Below, piece after piece: positions 31,671-41,050 of a stretch of 64,000 nt of DNA. This DNA comes from Bacillota bacterium (GTDB lineage: Bacteria; Bacillota; JAAYKD01): assembly GCA_963666425.2 (NCBI GenBank), contig OY762825.2, positions 1,792,001-1,856,000 on the forward strand. Direction: 5' to 3'. The notes beneath the pieces are model-generated. The model saw only the letters and a list, made by a program, of their open reading frames with translations, was not told the DNA's origin and searched no databases. How positions within the stretch are numbered: the first letter of the stretch is position 1; every line of letters starts with the position of its first letter. The translations under genes and the position numbers were made by a program.

Positions 31671-31736
31671 AGTATACAATGAGCGATATCTGAAGTCAAT
31701 CAGTAATAGCCAAATATTACCATTACAAAAATGTCA
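31671..31736 (-). promoter_or_regulatory. Promoter of MFP-ABC operon with upstream BceR-like inverted repeat
   Basis: Minus strand TTGACT(31699)-17 bp-TATACT(31676); TGACA-tttt-TGTAA at 31736-31723. Confidence 0.6.
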
Positions 31737-31975
31737 TAATCAGGTTAAACAGAAACGGTAAATCAGCAGCGGCTCCCTCTTTTCCTGTCTGGTCGGTGAT
31801 GAAGAAATTCGTTCAGTTTAGGACACGAAAGGAAAAAAGAAGCATAGCCCAGAATGAAGCATGGCGGGAACGGCTGCGATCATTGTTCTCTATTACCCTA
31901 AGCATAGCAAAACAGGAAAAGCGTTTACGCTTTCTCCATGCTAAACTAATATCACCTGGCGAAGGAGGTGGTACG

Positions 31976-32884
31976 ATGGAATATGAAGTAATGTTGCAAG
32001 CTGTCCTGGACGAGATCGACAAAAAAATCACAGAGAACATCCGAGCTGATGAACTGGCGCGCACGGTGAATTATTCTGTTTACCATTTCTGTCGGTTATT
32101 CATGGCTCTGACCGGGACGCCGGTTATGAACTATGTGATCCGACGCAAATTGGAATACGCCTTGTATGATTTGTCGCAGGACAGGCGGATTTTAGACGTG
32201 GCGATGGAGTATGGCTTTGAAACACACGCGGGATTCACGAAAGCCTTTAAAAAATGCTTCGGATATCCTCCATCAGTGTATCGTCTGCACATTACGGCTA
32301 AACCGCCGGAAAGAGCGACAATCGCCAGCGTAATATTGAAATATGGAGGGATTACAGTGCAGGTTCAAATCAGAGAATTACCATCCTTTGCGATTGTCGG
32401 TGTGATCAGTCAGCATGTTTTATCGAATGTAAAAAGAAGCGCCGATATACCGGCTTATTGGAACACGATTGCCATGGATTATGGTAAGCATTTATCCAGA
32501 TTATACGATGCTTTTACTCCAGCTGTTCACGGCGAATTCGGCCTCTGCTTCAATGTGGATGATATGACCGGCGAATTTACCTATCTGCTTGGCGTAACAT
32601 TCGATCATGAGGCTGACAACGCGAAAATCGAAGCGGACATGCGGAAAGTGGAAATGAAAGGCGGCTTATATGCTGTATTTACGACACCGAAAGTGCCGAA
32701 TGAGCAATACCCAAAAGCCATTGCAGAGACATGGGGAGAAATACTGACCCGCTGGCTGCCGGAGTCTAATTACGAGTATGATGAAACACGTTTAGATTTC
32801 GAGGCTTATGATGAACGCGATCACGCCTGGCTGCACAACGGTATGGTTCAGATGGATATTTGTCTGCCAATCCGCGAACGCTAG
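31976..32884 (+). CDS. AraC-family regulator with C-terminal GyrI-like effector domain
   Basis: ATG after AAGGAGG; YSVYHFCRLF, YGFETHAGFTKAFKK; GGLYAVF, WLPES, DFEAYDER. Confidence 0.9.
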   Translation: MEYEVMLQAVLDEIDKKITENIRADELARTVNYSVYHFCRLFMALTGTPVMNYVIRRKLEYALYDLSQDRRILDVAMEYGFETHAGFTKAFKKCFGYPPSVYRLHITAKPPERATIASVILKYGGITVQVQIRELPSFAIVGVISQHVLSNVKRSADIPAYWNTIAMDYGKHLSRLYDAFTPAVHGEFGLCFNVDDMTGEFTYLLGVTFDHEADNAKIEADMRKVEMKGGLYAVFTTPKVPNEQYPKAIAETWGEILTRWLPESNYEYDETRLDFEAYDERDHAWLHNGMVQMDICLPIRER

Positions 32885-32895
32885 ACAGGGCGGTC

Positions 32896-32937
32896 AAGCA
32901 GGAGCTGTTCTGATGTAGAGAGCAGCTCCTGCTTTTT
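32896..32937 (+). terminator. Terminator after AraC gene
   Basis: AAGCAGGAGCTGTTC...GAGCAGCTCCTGCTT plus T run. Confidence 0.8.
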
Positions 32938-33144
32938 GTAATAAAAAACCGTCTGTTAATCGGGTGGAAACAACTGTTTTAACCCCGGGAAAGCAGCTTT
33001 TCTGCGATATTCAGAGATGGTTTGCTAATTATGTAGTATGCGCGGTCGTAGAGGTTACCAGATAGAAAACATGCCTGCACCCAGAATTTTCTGTTTTATT
33101 TTTAGTAGGCAGCTTTTTTTTTGACCATAAATAATGTATATTAT

Positions 33145-33306
33145 TGGTGACGAAACGCAGCGAATTCGGAGAACCGGTGAGCGGCAGACCGAGGAAACCA
33201 CAAAGACGATAACCTGAAGTGAAAGTGGAGACCTGCTAAATTCAAACAGTCAGGTAAATTTGCCGTCCGTGTGAAAACTAAATTAAAGTGCCGATCCCAG
33301 TTGCCA
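33145..33306 (+). ncRNA. Candidate structured RNA upstream of aac(6')-like gene, family not recognised
   Basis: Nested complementary segments TGGTGAC/GTTGCCA, TCGG/CCGA, CGGCAGA/TTTGCCG, CCAC/GTGG, ACCTG/CAGGT, following an AT-rich stretch. Confidence 0.35.
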
Positions 33307-33365
33307 CAAAATCGAGAGAAAGAAAATGAAGCCCGTTTTCTGGACTTCATGAGGTAAGGTGATTT

Positions 33366-33827
33366 ATGACAATTCTACGCGCACAGAGTTCCAATCTGAC
33401 CGAATGGGTAAAATTAGCTGCTCTCTTGTTTGGTGAGCATTCTTTTGCAGAACTCTATGAAGAGTACGAGAAATTTCTGACCACAGAAAAGGAAATCGGC
33501 TTTCTCTATGAGCAGGAGGGCAGCATGGTTGCATTTTTAAATCTCTCGATCCGCCATGATTATGTGAATGGCTGCCAAACCTCGCCGGTAGCTTATCTGG
33601 AGGCGCTTTATGTCCTGCCGGCATACCGCAGACGCGGAATCGGCCGCGATCTGATCGCACAGGCGGAGTCTTTCGCCAGAGCAAAAGGGATCACGCAACT
33701 GGCTTCCGATTGTCGTTTGGAGAACACAGCCAGCGCTTTGCTGCACCAACGTTGTGGTTTTCAGGAGAAGGAACGCATCATCTGTTTTGTGAAAAACATA
33801 GGAACTGAAGCAGGCAGCATTTATTAA
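33366..33827 (+). CDS. Aminoglycoside 6'-N-acetyltransferase AAC(6')-I-like GNAT
   Basis: SIRHDYVNGCQTSPVAYLEALYV, RRRGIG, LASDC...NTAS, GFQEKERII resemble AAC(6')-Iy/Iaa-type enzymes. Confidence 0.8.
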   Translation: MTILRAQSSNLTEWVKLAALLFGEHSFAELYEEYEKFLTTEKEIGFLYEQEGSMVAFLNLSIRHDYVNGCQTSPVAYLEALYVLPAYRRRGIGRDLIAQAESFARAKGITQLASDCRLENTASALLHQRCGFQEKERIICFVKNIGTEAGSIY

Positions 33828-33983
33828 TTCGAGCTTTTTCACAGGAGGATCTCCATCGCATCATTGGATCGATTTGTCTGTCGGAATCAGCGCATCTATT
33901 GTCAGTTTTCTTCCTTTATGCTATCATAACGCCAGCAGTGAAAATCTGGCATCAACAGAAAAGTAAGCAAGGAGGAAAATAAG

Positions 33984-34958
33984 ATGAAGGAAGAGCTGCT
34001 GCGAACCTATTATGCCAAGAGAGGTTTCAGCGATTTAGCCACGGAAGGCGCAGTGAGCGCGGTCAAAACACTTGAAAATGCGTTAATGGAAAAGCAGCGA
34101 ACTCTAGAAGAAGTAACCGTGGCTGATATTCGGGAGCATGTCAAAACGCTGATTGCAACCGATAGAAATACGATCGATCATCTGCAGGCTTTGGCACGCT
34201 ATTTTTACCTGACAGACCGCAAAGATATCTACATCTATTTTACCTCCCTCACCGGTGGCTATGGCGTGATCGATAGTATCACGGATCGTCTTGGTCGGAT
34301 TGTGGATAAAGCAACGGCAGAAACAGTGAGTCAAACGGTCGTGAGCCCGCCGTTGGGGACAGAACCGCACGAGTATCCCGATTTCACCAGAGATTTTATG
34401 CGGCAGTTGGACGAAAAATTGCCCTCGAAAACGGTGTGTCAAATTTTAGCGGGCAACAATCACGGCGTCCCCAGAGAAGTTTTTTTACAGGAAAAAGCAA
34501 ATTACGAAAAAGCAGATTCGCTGGATGAATTTTTGTCTGACTACCATCGGCGTAAAGTAGCCGAATTGCAGGAGTTTTGCGATCAAAAAAAAGTGTGGTA
34601 TGAACAGACAATCAGCCAAAATGTAGTGGACTTTGTGGCTGCTAACCAGGAAATCTTATCCGCTGTGCGGCAGGGCGATTGCTTATATGTGACAAAAATT
34701 CCGTATGATCCGGATACTTATCTCAAAACAGAAGACCCTGTCAGCAAACGCTATCTGGCTTGCCATTGCCCCTTCGTCAAAGAAGCGATCAAACAGGGTA
34801 GGACGGATATCTCACCCCATTGGTGCTATTGCAGCGCAGGTTTTGAGAAGTTTCCCTTTGAAGTAATTTTAGATCAGGAAATGAGTGCCGAGGTCCTGCA
34901 ATCCGCCTTACAGGGGGATGCACTTTGCAGATTCGCCATCCATCTGCCGTCTAAATGA
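33984..34958 (+). CDS. Hypothetical protein with C-terminal Cys cluster (DUF6144/V4R-like)
   Basis: AAGGAGG RBS; CHCP...WCYCSAG...CRFAI. Confidence 0.65.
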   Translation: MKEELLRTYYAKRGFSDLATEGAVSAVKTLENALMEKQRTLEEVTVADIREHVKTLIATDRNTIDHLQALARYFYLTDRKDIYIYFTSLTGGYGVIDSITDRLGRIVDKATAETVSQTVVSPPLGTEPHEYPDFTRDFMRQLDEKLPSKTVCQILAGNNHGVPREVFLQEKANYEKADSLDEFLSDYHRRKVAELQEFCDQKKVWYEQTISQNVVDFVAANQEILSAVRQGDCLYVTKIPYDPDTYLKTEDPVSKRYLACHCPFVKEAIKQGRTDISPHWCYCSAGFEKFPFEVILDQEMSAEVLQSALQGDALCRFAIHLPSK

Positions 34959-35052
34959 GCTTTTTTGACAGTTTAGTGGAATGATTCTATTTTTCAACAA
35001 AGCGCACGAGCAAATTGACTCCGGTATCGGAAGAAGAAGCAGGGGTAAAGTT

Positions 35053-36159
35053 ATGGAACATAAAGGAACCGTCAGTTTGACAACCAACCGATTATTGCTT
35101 CGGCGATTTAACATGAACGACACAGAAGCAATGTATGACAACTGGGCAAGTGATCCGGAGGTCACTAGATATTTAATGTGGCAACCTCATTCTTCCCGCG
35201 ATGAGACGAAGCGAATTCTTGGACTGTGGCTGAATCACTACGGGGAAAATACATTTTATCAATGGGCAATTTGCTTTCAGAGCAAGCCAGAAGAACCCAT
35301 TGGCAGCATCAGTATTGTTCGTCAGGATGAACTTGCCGCATCGGTACATATCGGTTACTGTATCGGCAGGAAATGGTGGCATCAGGGGATTACAACTGAA
35401 GCGCTGGCTGCTGTGATTCGTTTCAGCTTTGAAGAACTGCGGGCCAACCGGGTGGAATCACGACATGATCCGCGCAATCCGAATTCCGGCAAAGTCATGG
35501 CAAAGTGCGGTATGAACTATGAAGCCACGATTCGTCAGAGTGATTGGAACTGCCAGGGAATCTGCGATACAGTTTTGTATGGTTTGTTGGCAGAGGAATA
35601 CTTCAGCACAACAGACGGCCAAGCCACAGAATCAATGGCATTGCTTGTGGTAGATATGCAGAAAGCGCTTCTGGAGGCACAGCCCTACGACGCAGATCAG
35701 GTGATCCAACGCATTCAGGCTCTGCTGACTGCGGCGCGTGCGAATCACAAAGAAGTGATTTTTATTCGCCACACGGAGCAAGTGGGTGGGGTCTTGGCGG
35801 AAGGCAGTGAGGGTTGGCAGATTGACTCGAGGTTGGAACCATTAGCCAATGAACGTATCTTCGATAAACTGTATAACAGTGCGTTTTATCAAACCGGCTT
35901 AAAACAGTATTTGGATCATGGAAAGATGCGGACCATCCTTTTGGTGGGTATGCAGACGGAATACTGCATTGATGCAACCTGCAAGAGCGCTTTCGAACAA
36001 GGATTTAAAGTGATCATTCCGGAAGGCTGCAATACAACGTATAGCAATCAGATTCTCTCCGCTGAGAAGCTGATTTGGTTTTATAATACAGACATTTGGT
36101 ATCATTTTGCTCAAGTCTTGCCGTTGACTGCAGTAATTGATTTACTGGAAAAACCATAA
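35053..36159 (+). CDS. RimJ/RimL-type GNAT fused to isochorismatase-family cysteine hydrolase
   Basis: N-half LTTNRLLLRRF, IGYCIGRKWWHQG, NPNSGKVMAKCGM; C-half VVDMQ, FDKLYNSAF, QTEYCID. Confidence 0.85.
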   Translation: MEHKGTVSLTTNRLLLRRFNMNDTEAMYDNWASDPEVTRYLMWQPHSSRDETKRILGLWLNHYGENTFYQWAICFQSKPEEPIGSISIVRQDELAASVHIGYCIGRKWWHQGITTEALAAVIRFSFEELRANRVESRHDPRNPNSGKVMAKCGMNYEATIRQSDWNCQGICDTVLYGLLAEEYFSTTDGQATESMALLVVDMQKALLEAQPYDADQVIQRIQALLTAARANHKEVIFIRHTEQVGGVLAEGSEGWQIDSRLEPLANERIFDKLYNSAFYQTGLKQYLDHGKMRTILLVGMQTEYCIDATCKSAFEQGFKVIIPEGCNTTYSNQILSAEKLIWFYNTDIWYHFAQVLPLTAVIDLLEKP

Positions 36160-36276
36160 AACAGCCAGAAGCGCTGCGGCAAGCTGACGGTTTTTGATCG
36201 CTCAGCTTTGAGGGGAGGACGTGTTGGGATCCACGCCGAAAGAAGAGGGAAACAAAATGGCTGGGAGGAACACAGT

Positions 36277-36981
36277 TTGAGCAGAACGATACCTGGACTT
36301 TTGATCGCATTTTTCGGCGCGTTTCTTTGTGCGATGGATATTTTCGCTGTGATCAACAGCGGCTTTGATCTGACTTGTCTGATGGGTTTTTTGATGGGCG
36401 GCGGTATCTTATATTTCGGTCTGTTCCTGGCGACCTGGGAAGCCCGGCAGCGTAAAGCGGATCGGAAAATTTCCGAAGAATATCGCCGAAATTTCGTTGG
36501 CAAGATGCAAAGTGAAGGTTTTCAACCGCGACCGACGCTCGCTTTTCAGAAGAATGAATTTGCTCAGGATAAGTATGCGGTCTATTTTAAATTGGATGAT
36601 TCAGAATTAAAACTTGTTGTCAATAAGGGCTTCGGCAAACCGCAGGAGCTCGAGATTGATCAGGGTGTCTTGTCGGATTTGGCTTGCTCTGCGGTTTTAC
36701 GTTATAAAAATGGCGCTACTCTCAAACTGGAGTTGGAGGGAGCATCGCTTGGCGAGCAGCTTGCCGCCAAATTGGCTGCCGAAGCCATCAAAAACCATTA
36801 TCTGATTGTGCAGCTGACAATTTGCTTGGATTGGTGTTCCGGTGAAAGCTTGAGTCTGACGATTTTGGAAAATTGCCGAAATGATGCTGCTCAGGTCGCA
36901 GAGGCTTGTGCTTTCCTCAGTTCTTGGCAGCATGAGTTGATCAGCAGAGGCTTTTTGCAAAAATACGCAAACCTTGCATAA
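36277..36981 (+). CDS. Hypothetical membrane protein (two N-terminal TMs)
   Basis: TTG 8 nt after GGGAGG; hydrophobic N-terminus; terminator follows. Confidence 0.65.
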   Translation: MSRTIPGLLIAFFGAFLCAMDIFAVINSGFDLTCLMGFLMGGGILYFGLFLATWEARQRKADRKISEEYRRNFVGKMQSEGFQPRPTLAFQKNEFAQDKYAVYFKLDDSELKLVVNKGFGKPQELEIDQGVLSDLACSAVLRYKNGATLKLELEGASLGEQLAAKLAAEAIKNHYLIVQLTICLDWCSGESLSLTILENCRNDAAQVAEACAFLSSWQHELISRGFLQKYANLA

Positions 36982-36982
36982 A

Positions 36983-37024
36983 AACAGGACACCCATCTCT
37001 TGGATTTGAGACGGGTGTCCTGTT
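36983..37024. terminator. Bidirectional terminator
   Basis: AACAGGACACCCATCTC...GAGACGGGTGTCCTGTT. Confidence 0.82.
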
Positions 37025-37044
37025 AAGAACGGTGACAGATGAGC

Positions 37045-38223
37045 CTAGATTTTTTTGATGATCTGCAGATACATCCGGCAGGCGTCGTTGATTTGACTGA
37101 TCTCACAGTTTTCATCTCTCATGTGCGCCAGTTTATAGTCGCCGGGACCAAAGCCGATGGTTGGAATGCCCATGCTAACCGGTGTGATGGCATTGGTACC
37201 GAAATCCCAGAACTCATACTGAGCCGGCAGACTGCCGAAGACCGATTGATAAGCTTGCCGGCAAACGCGTGTCAATTCGTCTGCTGTATCAATCCGCCAG
37301 GGATTATGCATGGGCTGATAGACCAGCTTGGCACCTTTCCAAGTGGTATGATACAGCGTACCGACTTGCCAGGAGGCATTTTTCCCGCTGATCAGCTGCT
37401 GCATTTCTGCTTCTACCTGATCTAAGGTTTCTCCCCAGGGCAAACGGCGATCCAGGTAAATACTGCATTCGCTGGGAACCGCATTGAGTGAGGCGCTGAC
37501 GCAGGAGATATCGGATAAAACGATCGTGCCATGCGGCGCCGCTGCAGCGGACAGTTTCAGATTCAACGCTTCGACGCGCTGGATGATTTCTGCCATTTCA
37601 TACACCGCGTTGATGCCTTTTTCCGGTGCTGAACCATGAGCGGAGACGCCGTGGGTGGTGATGCGCAGCTGCGCTTTGCCTTTGTGGCCCAGACAAATCA
37701 GGTTATTGGAAGGCTCGCAAATGATAACATAATCCGGTTTCAGCTGGAACTGCTGATAGAAATGTTTCAGATTCTCGCCATCGCAGTATTCTTCACAGAT
37801 ACTGCCGGTGACATAGACAGTCTTATTTTCCAGGTATCCCAATTGTTTGGCGAAAGCTGCCGCATAAACAGAAGCACCCAGAGCGGATTTCATATCAACA
37901 GAGCCACGGCCATAGAGCCTGCCATCGACGATTTTGCCGCTGAAGGGAGCCACCTGCCATTGCTCGGCATCCATGACTTGGACGGTATCCAAATGTGAAT
38001 CGAAATGGATGACTTTTTGGCCGCTGCCGATGCGTCCCACCACATTGCCGACCTCGTCAATCAGTACTTCATCAAAACCAAGCCTCTCCATCTGCCGCAG
38101 CAGGAAATGAGCAAAATCAGCTTCCTGATCGGAATAGCTTTTGATCTGAACGGACTTTTGGATGAAATCGATCATCTCAGGGGAATTTTGGCATAAGAGT
38201 GTTTCCATTGCGGAATCGTTCAT
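37045..38223 (-). CDS. M20/DapE-family hydrolase, YgeY-like
   Basis: AAGGAGG RBS before MNDS; FDSHLDTV, YGRGSVDMK, CEEYCDG, GHKGKA, SAHGSAPEKG, FGTNA, GFGPG..LAH. Confidence 0.85.
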   Translation of the reverse strand: MNDSAMETLLCQNSPEMIDFIQKSVQIKSYSDQEADFAHFLLRQMERLGFDEVLIDEVGNVVGRIGSGQKVIHFDSHLDTVQVMDAEQWQVAPFSGKIVDGRLYGRGSVDMKSALGASVYAAAFAKQLGYLENKTVYVTGSICEEYCDGENLKHFYQQFQLKPDYVIICEPSNNLICLGHKGKAQLRITTHGVSAHGSAPEKGINAVYEMAEIIQRVEALNLKLSAAAAPHGTIVLSDISCVSASLNAVPSECSIYLDRRLPWGETLDQVEAEMQQLISGKNASWQVGTLYHTTWKGAKLVYQPMHNPWRIDTADELTRVCRQAYQSVFGSLPAQYEFWDFGTNAITPVSMGIPTIGFGPGDYKLAHMRDENCEISQINDACRMYLQIIKKI

Positions 38224-38297
38224 AGTCTGTCCCTCCTTGCATGTGTATAATAAAAGGTAAAAGTCTTCGTATTGATGACTGAAAAGTGCTGAGGCAC

Positions 38298-38326
38298 TTG
38301 ACAGACGCTTTTGCTCATTGTATAAT
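38298..38326 (+). promoter_or_regulatory. Consensus sigma-A promoter for tyrS leader
   Basis: TTGACA-17 bp-TATAAT. Confidence 0.85.
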
Positions 38327-38378
38327 AACATAATTTAACAAAGATAGACAAGAATTCATATTTCATATCAAGAAAAAA

Positions 38379-38661
38379 AGCTGAGATCAGAAGAAGTAAT
38401 AATCAAATCTCCAAACAGAAAGAAGCCGGCTGATGAGAGGCTCATGGAGCATGATTATGAATACGTCTGGGAGCTGCGCACCGAACGGATTTATCCCAGT
38501 AGGCTGCGACGGAGTGGCGCTCCGTGATCGAGTGCCGGAGTATTTCCCACTGTGGAGGGCGTACTCGCTAAGGTAAGCAATGTGAGTTGCTTATAAACAG
38601 AAGGTGGCAACACGAGGTTTGAATCTCGTCCGTTTGAAAAACAAACGGACGTTTTTTTTTT
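38379..38661 (+). promoter_or_regulatory. Tyr-specific T-box riboswitch with terminator
   Basis: Stem I with AGTA, CAGAAAG, GCTGATGAGAG; specifier GAA-TAC (Tyr, 38462-38464); T-box AGAAGGTGGCAACACG; terminator CGTCCGTTTG-aaaaa-CAAACGGACG plus T run. Confidence 0.93.
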
Positions 38662-38701
38662 ATACTTTCACAAGAAAAACACAGTAAGGAGAGGGTCAGC
38701 G

Positions 38702-39913
38702 ATGTTAACACCCCAAGAACAGATGCGAATCATCTGCAAAGGAGTCCACCTGATGGTGAATGAAGAGGAACTGCTGGTGAAATTAATCCATTCCTATGAG
38801 CAGAACAGGCCATTGATTGTTAAGCTGGGATTGGATCCCTCGGCACCTGATATTCATCTGGGGCATGCTGTTGTTTTGCGTAAAATGAAGCAAATGCAGG
38901 ACCTTGGTCACCAAGCAGTGATTGTGATCGGTGATTTCACCGGAAAAATCGGTGATCCGACCGGCAAGGCCAAGGGCAGAGCGGCTTTGAGCGACGAGCA
39001 GGTGAAAGCAAATTCCGCAACCTACTGCGAACAGATTTTTAAGATTCTGGACAAAGAGAAAACAGAAGTTCGCTACAACAGCGAATGGCTGGCCAAGTTG
39101 AATTTGCAGCAGGCGATTCAGCTCGCGGCTTCAGCAACCGTGGCGAGAATTTTGGAGCGGGATGATTTTCAGAACAGGTATCAGAATCAGGTAGCGATCG
39201 GCATTCATGAATTCTTCTATCCGCTGATGCAGGCTTATGACTCGGTGGCGTTGCAGGCGGATATTGAGATCGGCGGAACGGATCAGACTTTTAATGTTCT
39301 GATGGGCCGCACCGTGCAGAGAGATTATGGGCAAGAACAACAGATTGCCTTGTTTATGCCTATTTTAGAAGGTTTGGATGGCGTAGCAAAAATGAGTAAG
39401 AGCTTGGGTAATTATATCGGGATCAGTGAGCCTGCCGAAGTGATGTTTAAAAAGGTAATGGAAGTACCGGATCATCTGATCATTCGTTTTTTTGAATTGG
39501 CTACCGACGAGCACCCCGATTCGATCGATCAAATCAAAGCGGAATTGAGCAGCGGGGTGAATCCGCGCGATGTCAAATACCGCCTGGCACAAATCATCAC
39601 CGGCTTATACCACGGCGCTGAGGGGATGGCTAACGCAAAGCAGTATTATGATACTGCTTTCGCGAAAAAGGAGATCCCTGAACAAATGCCGGAATTCAGC
39701 CTGACCGCCAATCAGGCAACTCTGTTTGAGCTCATTCCGCAGTTGATTGCGATCGGTTTTGTGAAAAGCAAGAGTGATTTCCTGCGTCTGCTGCAGCAGG
39801 GTGCCATCCAAATTAACGGTGAGAAAATTCAAGTGCAGGATCCTTTGCCGCTCTTAGCCGATCGGGATGTTGTTAAAATTGGCAAAAAAAGATTCATCAG
39901 AATCCGGCTTTAG
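38702..39913 (+). CDS. tyrS: Tyrosine--tRNA ligase
   Basis: KLGLDPSAPDIHLGH, YPLMQAYD, GGTDQ, KMSKS, C-terminal S4 domain; Tyr T-box upstream. Confidence 0.97.
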   Translation: MLTPQEQMRIICKGVHLMVNEEELLVKLIHSYEQNRPLIVKLGLDPSAPDIHLGHAVVLRKMKQMQDLGHQAVIVIGDFTGKIGDPTGKAKGRAALSDEQVKANSATYCEQIFKILDKEKTEVRYNSEWLAKLNLQQAIQLAASATVARILERDDFQNRYQNQVAIGIHEFFYPLMQAYDSVALQADIEIGGTDQTFNVLMGRTVQRDYGQEQQIALFMPILEGLDGVAKMSKSLGNYIGISEPAEVMFKKVMEVPDHLIIRFFELATDEHPDSIDQIKAELSSGVNPRDVKYRLAQIITGLYHGAEGMANAKQYYDTAFAKKEIPEQMPEFSLTANQATLFELIPQLIAIGFVKSKSDFLRLLQQGAIQINGEKIQVQDPLPLLADRDVVKIGKKRFIRIRL

Positions 39914-40121
39914 CCTGACTTGGGCTGAGACGTCACACCAAACACCTCTTCTCACTTTATTTCCATGCTATCAGCCCAGCTTCCTCTCTATTTTGCCTTG
40001 ATCTCATGATTTTGTGGTCACAAAAGAAAAATAGATCTGGCAATTGAAATATGTTGATAGTATACTAAAAGCGCAGTAAAAACCTGTTATCAGTAATCGG
40101 TTAAGAGAAAGGGAGTTGTTT

Positions 40122-40889
40122 ATGCAGAACAAAGTAATCATGATTTTGGTGGACGGGATGCGGCCCGATGCTGTTTTGGCTTGCGGGCATGCTTTTGTGG
40201 ATGAATTGATGCAGAACAGCACTTATACCATGCAAGGCACAACTGTTATGCCTTCCGTTACCTTACCCGTTCATATGTCGTTATTTCATAGCGTTGTGCC
40301 GGAGCGGCACGGTGTGACCACCAATCTTTTTACACCGCAGGTTCGGCCGGTTCCTGGATTATGTGAACAACTCAGCCTGGCTGCCAAGAAAGCTGCGATG
40401 TTTTACACCTGGGATGAATTGCGTGATATCACGCGTCCCAATTCTTTGACCTATTCTTTGCTGATCAATGGGCATAAGAATCGTGATACAGACCATCAAG
40501 TGACGGAAGCTGCTTCGCTTTATATCTTAGCGGAGCAACCGGATTTTGTCTATCTGTATCTCGGTGAAACAGATGATATCGGTCATCGTTATGGTTGGAT
40601 GAGCGAGATGTATTTGCAGACAATTCAGAAGGCGTTTAATTGTATCGAACGGATCTACCGGCAATGGAGTGAGGAATATACTATCATTGTTCTGGCGGAT
40701 CACGGCGGGCATGACAGAGGTCACGGCACTTCGATGGCGGAGGATATGACGGTGCCGCTTTTCTTCTGCGGCAAGGCCTTTGAGAAAAACAGACAGATCA
40801 CTTCGGCCTCTGTGTTGGATATTGCTCCTACCATTGCAAAGCTGCTGGAAGTGCCGCCGGCAGAAGAGTGGGAAGGTAAGGCACTTTAA
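40122..40889 (+). CDS. Alkaline phosphatase superfamily (nucleotide pyrophosphatase/phosphodiesterase-like) protein
   Basis: LVDGMRPD, PSVTLPVH (Thr nucleophile), DDIGH, ADHGG, DIAPTI. Confidence 0.85.
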   Translation: MQNKVIMILVDGMRPDAVLACGHAFVDELMQNSTYTMQGTTVMPSVTLPVHMSLFHSVVPERHGVTTNLFTPQVRPVPGLCEQLSLAAKKAAMFYTWDELRDITRPNSLTYSLLINGHKNRDTDHQVTEAASLYILAEQPDFVYLYLGETDDIGHRYGWMSEMYLQTIQKAFNCIERIYRQWSEEYTIIVLADHGGHDRGHGTSMAEDMTVPLFFCGKAFEKNRQITSASVLDIAPTIAKLLEVPPAEEWEGKAL

Positions 40890-41050
40890 ACAGGAAAAAA
40901 AGCATCCACCTCATGCAGGCCGGGTGCTTTTTCTTGTTCTCTACCTATCCGCAGAAAGGTTTCTTTTTTCTATTGTTTTTTAGCTGCTTGACGCTCGTAT
41001 TCGCATCGATTCGAAAGACGTAATCAAGAATATTTTTTTTAAAAAAACAC

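Noticed and set aside
33168-33260. Glycine-aptamer, 6S RNA or group IIC intron identity for the structured element
   Set aside because: Only scattered short matches (GGAGA, CCGAG, TCAGG); core pairings, intron domain V and an RT gene are absent. Kept as unassigned.
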